Shown piece after piece: positions 58,642 through 64,000 of a DNA stretch of 64,000 nucleotides (position 1 is the first letter of the stretch; each line of letters begins with the position of its first letter). Position numbers and translations under genes: made by a program. This stretch comes from Candidatus Multivoradales bacterium (GTDB taxonomy: Bacteria > Acidobacteriota > Thermoanaerobaculia > Multivoradales > JAHEKO01). Location: positions 608,001 to 672,000 of the forward strand of contig CBDFIJ010000004.1 in assembly GCA_965248055.1 (NCBI GenBank), read 5' to 3'. The notes below the pieces were generated by a model. It saw only the letters and a program-made list of their open reading frames with translations. It searched no databases and was not told the origin of the DNA.

Positions 58642-59679
58642 CTACCACCTCGCCGATCGTGGAAACAGTGGACTCCAATCGCTTGACGAGTGGTGCACAA
58701 TTGGGACGGTGTTATCTGGAGTATTCGTGAATAAAACTACTGTTCCGCCGGTCCTACGATATCCAAATGGTGTGTAGGGTTTGTCTTTCTCCGACAAGGG
58801 CGGATTGGCACCGCAGACTTGAGCAAAGCTGACCTCCAAGAGAGCACGCAACTCGCCGAAGACTGCAGGCTCCGATTCCGAGGGCTGCGGTGATACAAAC
58901 ATATGTTTTTCCAGAGCTAGAACCGGTTCGAACTCTAGATTGGCATGTCTATTCGCAAGAGCCCTGCCTTTTGCAATGCCCGCCGGGCAAATAATAAGAG
59001 GGGTCAGCAGGACTCGTACGTTCTCCGAAAGTGAAGCAACAAAATCAACAGGATCTGCCATCTGACTCCCGCTGCCCACGAAATCCTCAAGCAGTACTAT
59101 GTGCTGTATGTCTCTCTTTTTAAGATACTCAAGGATCTTAGTTTTTGACCCGAGCTTGTGCAGGGTCATCCAAACAGGCCTGTACCACCGGCCTTCAATT
59201 TGGTTTACATGATAAAAATTCGCAATATCCATACTGTCAGTGATCGAGCAGAACCAAGTCTTGTCTATGACATTTGCCAGTGTTTGGTCTACGGCTTCGC
59301 GGTCAAAACTCGCACCTCGGTCAAGATCACGCAGTGCATGACGCGCGAACGGACCGTTAAATGCAGCGCGACACAAACCGTTGAGGTGTTCTTTAGTTAT
59401 GTAAAGCAGGAACGGAACGAGCTTAAACAACACCCTTTGCTGCTCCTCAGATTCAACGTTACTCAACCAGTCGCGGAGTCTCACCGGAAACTCCGGGAAC
59501 GGCCCAGCAGTCGGAACGTAGTCTCCAAATGCATGTTTCGAGACATATTCGATCACGTCGAACATCGTCAGGTAGTTTGCTCCCGAAGCAACGTTTCCAA
59601 CATCCAGGGAATCAAAACTCTCCTCTAGAGTCCACTTCTCCAATTGCTCTACGAAACTACGTGTGTTCGGCCAACTCAC
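58642..59679 (-). CDS. Phosphoribosyltransferase-like protein
   Basis: PRPP-loop-like IVLLEDFVGSGSQ; C-terminal PFGY...NTPDNT...WSPLFPR. Confidence 0.75.
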   Translation of the reverse strand: MSWPNTRSFVEQLEKWTLEESFDSLDVGNVASGANYLTMFDVIEYVSKHAFGDYVPTAGPFPEFPVRLRDWLSNVESEEQQRVLFKLVPFLLYITKEHLNGLCRAAFNGPFARHALRDLDRGASFDREAVDQTLANVIDKTWFCSITDSMDIANFYHVNQIEGRWYRPVWMTLHKLGSKTKILEYLKKRDIQHIVLLEDFVGSGSQMADPVDFVASLSENVRVLLTPLIICPAGIAKGRALANRHANLEFEPVLALEKHMFVSPQPSESEPAVFGELRALLEVSFAQVCGANPPLSEKDKPYTPFGYRRTGGTVVLFTNTPDNTVPIVHHSSSDWSPLFPRSARW

Positions 59680-60878
59680 TGGAGAAGGCTCCGACGCACA
59701 CTTCGGGCTATCCAGGCAGCGGCCGGTGGAGGTACCGCGTTTCCGATCTGCCGATACTGATCCTGCCGCCTTCCGGAGAACTCATAGTCATCTGGAAACC
59801 CCTGCAGACGAGCGGCCTCACGAACGGAAAAACCGCGTGTTTCAGCCGGGTGGAGAAAATAGCGAGGATCTCCAAATCTGGTGTGCACGGTAGGAGCAGG
59901 CTCGTTCCACTGCAGTCGTTTGTATTTTCCGTTAAACGTCCGCGTCAGATCCCAATTGTCACCTACTTTCCGGATATACCCTTTTCCTAGGAGAGAGCGT
60001 GCTATATCAAGATACGCACTCCCCCATTTGCTCTGCAGCCGGTCAGGCGGTACTGGATCAGCATCGCCCCAGTTACGCCTTCGATTACGTCTCCTCTCTC
60101 GAAGTAAGAACGTAAGCAAAGCTCTTTCCTCGGCCGTTGTCCTTCCAAAGACCGAAGGGATTTCCCAGGTGTGAACAGCGTTCGGGCCAGCTCTTACATT
60201 GGAGAGTTTCTGGCCCGGACCTATGTGAGCTGCGATGGCCGTAACAACGCTATCAGCAGGTGGCCGGACTGGATAGTGGTCTGGTAGCGATTCAACATCT
60301 TTGAGCGCGTCGGCCAAAGACGACGCCTTTTCACCAAGGTGCTCCATGTAGAACTCCGCGTCCGTCCGCCATGCAATCAGCAACAGCCGCTTGCGGACTT
60401 GCGGAAGTCCAGATCTATCTGCATGACATACAAACTCTCGCGTACGAAATCCGCCTGATGAAAGACATTCATGAGCAGCCTGCCAGTACTTTCCATGTCC
60501 CCCGGTACGTGCTGCGGGGACGTTCTCAAGGACAAACACTTTTGGTCTGAGAAGGGTGGCCAGTTCTGCGGCGAGAGGCACGAAGTGATTTCGTGGATCA
60601 TCCACTCTTCTTTTTCCAGCCGTGGAAAACCCTTGACAAGGTGGCCCGGCGAGTAACACATCCACGTTGTAAGCTCTCGACGGAAACTCTGCAGGAGTCG
60701 AAAGGTCGCGGACCTCGCTTACTTTAGCGATGTTGTGTTCGTAGCTCGACAACGCGGCGGCATCAACGTCGAAAGCAGCAACCGGGCGAAAGCCGCTGTG
60801 AAGAAACCCTAAGTCAAACCCGCCGCAACCCGAAAAGAGACTTGCGAACCGAGGGGTGTCTTGAATCGCCGATAGCAC
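59676..60878 (-). CDS. DNA (cytosine-5) methyltransferase
   Basis: FSGCGG, GPPCQGFS, ENV, QVRKR, VREAARLQGF, YRQIGNAVPP; start GTG 60878 (the longer ORF overlaps tRNA-Cys). Confidence 0.95.
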   Translation of the reverse strand: MLSAIQDTPRFASLFSGCGGFDLGFLHSGFRPVAAFDVDAAALSSYEHNIAKVSEVRDLSTPAEFPSRAYNVDVLLAGPPCQGFSTAGKRRVDDPRNHFVPLAAELATLLRPKVFVLENVPAARTGGHGKYWQAAHECLSSGGFRTREFVCHADRSGLPQVRKRLLLIAWRTDAEFYMEHLGEKASSLADALKDVESLPDHYPVRPPADSVVTAIAAHIGPGQKLSNVRAGPNAVHTWEIPSVFGRTTAEERALLTFLLRERRRNRRRNWGDADPVPPDRLQSKWGSAYLDIARSLLGKGYIRKVGDNWDLTRTFNGKYKRLQWNEPAPTVHTRFGDPRYFLHPAETRGFSVREAARLQGFPDDYEFSGRRQDQYRQIGNAVPPPAAAWIARSVRRSLLQ

Positions 60879-60928
60879 TTGCCCATTATAGAAGCACGTG
60901 AGGAACGCCAAACTAATTGCGTGATTGA

Positions 60929-61003
60929 TGGAGGCGACGGTCGGAATCGAACCGACGAATGAGGGTTTTGCAGACCCTTGCCTTACCACTTGGCTACGTC
61001 GCC
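60929..61003 (-). tRNA. tRNA-Cys(GCA)
   Basis: GGCGACG...AGGGT-CT-GCA-AA-ACCCT...GGTTCGATTCC...CCA. Confidence 0.97.
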
Positions 61004-61059
61004 TTGAGAGAACGGGGCGCCGGAGAATCGGAACCTCGAAAAGGCACAAGGATAAGAAA

Positions 61060-61134
61060 TGGAGCGGGAAACGGGATTTGAACCCGCGACCCCAACCTTG
61101 GCAAGGTTGTGCTCTACCACTGAGCTATTCCCGC
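61060..61134 (-). tRNA. tRNA-Gly(GCC)
   Basis: GCGGGAATAGCTCAG...CAACC-TT-GCC-AA-GGTTG...TTCAAATCC...CCA. Confidence 0.97.
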
Positions 61135-61145
61135 CCGGGCATCGA

Positions 61146-61174
61146 AGGATAGAAAGCGGGGGGCGGGGTGTCAA
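61146..61174 (-). promoter_or_regulatory. Sigma70 promoter of the tRNA-Gly/tRNA-Cys operon
   Basis: TTGACA-17 nt-TATCCT just upstream of tRNA-Gly. Confidence 0.8.
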
Positions 61175-61235
61175 GGAAAAGGGAGATTTTGGTGGCTTTT
61201 GCGCCGATAAGTTGGGTTGAGGAGGTTGTGGCGTC

Positions 61236-61580
61236 GAGATCCTTCGACTCCGGCCTACGGCCTGCGCTCAGGATGACAAGAAGTGGAAAAAGGGGGGCAA
61301 CTCGTCGAAGAAAAGGGGAGGGGATAAACCCTTTCCTCAGGATGACAAGAAGTGTGGCGTGGGGTGCAACTCATAGAAGACAAACGCGAGGGGGGTTATC
61401 CCTCTCCTATACAGAGTTCATCAGCTGAGGGTGCGCAGGCAGGCAATCGACAGATCCCGGCCCCGCGCCCACTCCCCCGCCGGGATGACGGGGTGACGGG
61501 GTGACGGGATGATGGTGTGAGTGAGCCGTTTGACCTGGCAGTGGATTGTAGGGTCGCAATAGCCAAAGGGACGCCTACCT
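61236..61580. repeat. REP-like palindrome array
   Basis: GAGATCCTTCG...CTCAGGATGACA, duplicated AGGATGACAAGAAGTG, GGGATAAACCC hairpins, CAGATCCCGG...CCGGGATGACG. Confidence 0.75.
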
Positions 61581-61596
61581 AGTCGAGCTTGTGCTA

Positions 61597-61968
61597 TTAG
61601 CGATTCTCGAAAGCGTCGGTGATGTGTTGGATCTTCCACTTGCCGCCAACGCGATCCATGGCCAGGACATCGAAGCGGCAAGGGCCGGTGTGTGGATTGG
61701 TGATCAGGTAGATGTGGGCGGCGCGGAGGATGCGCTGAATCTGTGCCGGGCTGACCGATTCAAGGGAGCCGAAATAGGCGTTGCCTGCGCGGGCTTTGAC
61801 TTCGATGAAACATAGGGTGTTGCCCGTGCGAGCGATGAGGTCGATTTCCCCACCACGAATGCGGTAGTTGCGTTGCAGGATGCGGTAGCCGCGTAGCCGG
61901 AGCCACCAGGTGGCGCGTTGTTCGGCGTTGCGTCCACGCAGAACAGGGAGAAGGCCCCCGGTGGTCAT
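61597..61968 (-). CDS. yraN: YraN/UPF0102 PD-(D/E)xK nuclease
   Basis: GRNAE, RNYR, GEIDLI, FIEVKAR, RFDV. Confidence 0.92.
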   Translation of the reverse strand: MTTGGLLPVLRGRNAEQRATWWLRLRGYRILQRNYRIRGGEIDLIARTGNTLCFIEVKARAGNAYFGSLESVSPAQIQRILRAAHIYLITNPHTGPCRFDVLAMDRVGGKWKIQHITDAFENR

Positions 61969-61974
61969 GACGGA

Positions 61975-62349
61975 GACGGGAGGGGGTAAACCCCTCCCCT
62001 ACGAAGAAGAGAACGCGGATGGATGGACAGATCCCGGCCCCACGCCTGCTCCCCCGCCGGGATGACGGGTCCAGGTGATGGTGTTACGGCGCCGAGTAGC
62101 GGGAGGTGAGGCCATCGCCTACCAAAGGTTATGGCGAGGCGACGAGAGGTGAGGCAGGAAATCTCTTGGTAGGGGAGCCGTTTCCGGGCTCCCGCGATTC
62201 GACGCAAGCGAAACGTTCTTCCTAGTCCTGGTAACGCAGGTGAGATGGGACCAAAGAACGGGAGCGGATAAACCCCTTCCCTACGAAGATGGAAACGCGC
62301 ATAGGCGGACAGATCCCGGCCCCCCTGCCTCCCGCCCGCCGGGATGACG
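61975..62349. repeat. Composite GTAG+CGTC REP-like repeats
   Basis: Two ~90-bp units at 61978-62067 and 62260-62349, plus GTAGGGGAGCC...GGCTCCC near 62170. Confidence 0.8.
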
Positions 62350-62370
62350 GCAGGCAGAACGGAGCTTGCC

Positions 62371-63792
62371 CTATGAAGTCCTTTTCCAGCGAGGGCCAGT
62401 GGGGGTGTCTTCGATGACGATCCCGGCTTCGGCGAGTTGGTCGCGGATACGGTCTGATTCAGCGAAGTCTTTGGCGGCGCGGGCTTGTTGACGAGATTGG
62501 AGTAAGGCGTCGATCGCAGCGTCGTCGAGGGCTCCCTGGTCGGCGACGTTGTCATTCCAAGCGGAGGGATCGAGGGTGCCAAAGACCGCATCTATCTCGG
62601 CCAGCCAGTCGAGCACAGCGGCTCGCTCTCCGGGAGCCAAGGGGCCGACTTCGATGCGCGAGTTGATCGCTTTGACCAAGCCGAATACCGCTGCCAGGGC
62701 GCCGGAGGCGTTGAGGTCTGAGGCCAATGCTTGATCGAACGCGGTGCGCGCTTTTTCGACCTCTGACGGGAGGCTAGAGTCAGCGCAATCCTCCTCTTCA
62801 GCATGGTTCAAGCGAAAACGCATTTCGTCGATGCGCTGCAGGGCGGCTTCGGCCTGGGTTACCGCGGCGTCGGTGAAGTTGAGTTTTTGCCGATAGTTCA
62901 CCGAGAGCAAAAGATGTCGCAGAATCCGGGGCTGGTTGCCACGCTCGATGAGGTCGCTCAAGGTGAACTGGTTGCCCAGCGACTTGGACATCTTGGTCTC
63001 GTCGAGAACCAGATGTTCGCTGTGCAGCCAAGTGTGGACGAAGGGCTTGCCGGTGGCTGACTCGGACTGGGCGATCTCGTTTTCGTGATGCGGAAAGATG
63101 TTGTCGACACCGCCACAATGGATGTCGAAGCTCTCCCCCAGATACTGCATGCTCATTACCGAACATTCCAAATGCCACCCTGGCCGACCGGAGCCCCAGG
63201 GAGAATCCCAAGAGGGTTCGCCGGCCTTGGCCTCTTTCCATAAGACGAAATCGCGCGCGTCTTCCTTGCTGTAATCGTCAGAAGCGACCCTTTCGCCTTG
63301 ACGTTGGGCGTCACTGGGGATGCGCGAGAGCTTGCCGTAATCTTCATCCGCCTCGATGCGAAAGAACACTGAGCCCTGCCTTTGGTAGGCAAAGCCCTTC
63401 TCCACCAGGGTCTCGACCAGTTCGATCATTCCGGCGATGTGATCTGTAGCCTTGGGATAGGCCTCTGCTGGTTCGACCTGCAACAGGCTCAGGTCGCGAT
63501 GAAAGGCGTCGATATAAGGCTGGGTATATTCCGCCAGTCCAACCCCCGCCTCGACCGCACCGCGAATCGTCTTGTCATCAATGTCGGTCAGGTTCATCAC
63601 CTGGACCACGTCGAAGCCAAAGTGCTTGAGGCTACGGCGCAACAAGTCCTCAAACAAAAAGGTCCGCAGATTGCCGATATGAGCGTGGTTGTAGACCGTC
63701 GGGCCACAGGTGTACATGCGCACCTTGTTGCCGTCCAAAGGAGCAAAGGGTTCAACCCCGCGCGTCAGAGTGTTGTAGAAGGCAAGAGCCAC
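62371..63792 (-). CDS. cysS: Cysteine-tRNA ligase
   Basis: CGPTVY, HIGN, GRPGWHLECS, FPHHENE, KMSKS. Confidence 0.98.
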   Translation of the reverse strand: MALAFYNTLTRGVEPFAPLDGNKVRMYTCGPTVYNHAHIGNLRTFLFEDLLRRSLKHFGFDVVQVMNLTDIDDKTIRGAVEAGVGLAEYTQPYIDAFHRDLSLLQVEPAEAYPKATDHIAGMIELVETLVEKGFAYQRQGSVFFRIEADEDYGKLSRIPSDAQRQGERVASDDYSKEDARDFVLWKEAKAGEPSWDSPWGSGRPGWHLECSVMSMQYLGESFDIHCGGVDNIFPHHENEIAQSESATGKPFVHTWLHSEHLVLDETKMSKSLGNQFTLSDLIERGNQPRILRHLLLSVNYRQKLNFTDAAVTQAEAALQRIDEMRFRLNHAEEEDCADSSLPSEVEKARTAFDQALASDLNASGALAAVFGLVKAINSRIEVGPLAPGERAAVLDWLAEIDAVFGTLDPSAWNDNVADQGALDDAAIDALLQSRQQARAAKDFAESDRIRDQLAEAGIVIEDTPTGPRWKRTS

Positions 63793-63813
63793 GGTTCTCG
63801 ATTCGATTCCGGG

Positions 63814-64000
63814 CTAGAGAGTGACTGTGACACTGCCGCCCAACCAGGTGACAGCGGTGGGCGTATTGAATTCGCGAAAGGCCTCTTCATTGTCGAACTC
63901 GATTTCCCCGGAACCCGCCGCCACCGAAGTAAAGCGGAAGGTAATCACCAATCCCGAACCGGAAACGATGGCCCGATTACTGCCCAGCTTATTGACCCCG
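63814..64000 (-). CDS. C-terminus of a cohesin-like beta-sandwich protein (partial)
   Basis: Manual translation GVNKLG...VSGSGLVITFRFTSVAAGSGEIEF...LGGSVTVTL*. Confidence 0.55.
   Translation of the reverse strand, partial: GVNKLGSNRAIVSGSGLVITFRFTSVAAGSGEIEFDNEEAFREFNTPTAVTWLGGSVTVTL

Noticed and set aside
55592-60878. Ordinary type II restriction-modification system
   Set aside because: No PD-(D/E)xK, HNH or GIY-YIG nuclease recognised; partners carry ATPase and PRTase motifs
60879-61049. N-terminal extension of the methyltransferase
   Set aside because: Overlaps tRNA-Cys; motif I begins just after GTG 60878
61236-62349. Repeats as a CRISPR array
   Set aside because: Degenerate, irregularly spaced palindromes with no constant repeat-spacer period and no cas genes
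61965-62591. 208-aa ORF between cysS and yraN
   Set aside because: Composed of REP repeats and an alternate frame of cysS

Overview
High-GC bacterial chromosomal window from a Gram-negative host (TonB receptor, MsbA-like exporter); the repeats and gene style suggest Acidobacteriota, by inference only. Left to right: (1) 1-14.2 kb aromatic ester/acid catabolic cluster with a tannase/feruloyl esterase missed by the ORF track, a Tat-signal ThDP enzyme, TonB receptor, tandem OsmC protein, UbiX, SAM methyltransferase, two UbiD proteins (one with a degenerate catalytic motif), a PaaK-like CoA ligase and a DASS transporter; (2) an IS256 element; (3) cyanophycin operon iadA-cphB-cphA plus a CphA paralogue lacking the ATP-grasp domain; (4) an ECF sigma/Ser-Thr kinase pair; (5) an MsbA-like, ICMT-type methyltransferase, kinase and DinB operon; (6) DUF302, Rieske-ThDP fusion, AraC and cysteine hydrolase; (7) IS481 truncating a DUF4034 gene; (8) two divergent tRNA-Leu(TAA) genes around pseudogenes; (9) an atypical N2O reductase cluster (Crp/Fnr, dihaem cytochrome c-CuA fusion, NosZ mixing clade I and II motifs, NosB, CcdA fusion, nosDFY); (10) an 8-repeat secreted protein; (11) a truncated IS256 nested in an IS5 remnant; (12) an AT-richer four-gene operon (C5 DNA methyltransferase, PRTase-like, P-loop ATPase, putative tandem CARF-like) just downstream of tRNA-Gly/tRNA-Cys, the best candidate for an undescribed defence system; (13) REP arrays, yraN and cysS. 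All family calls are from motif recognition; no searches were run.
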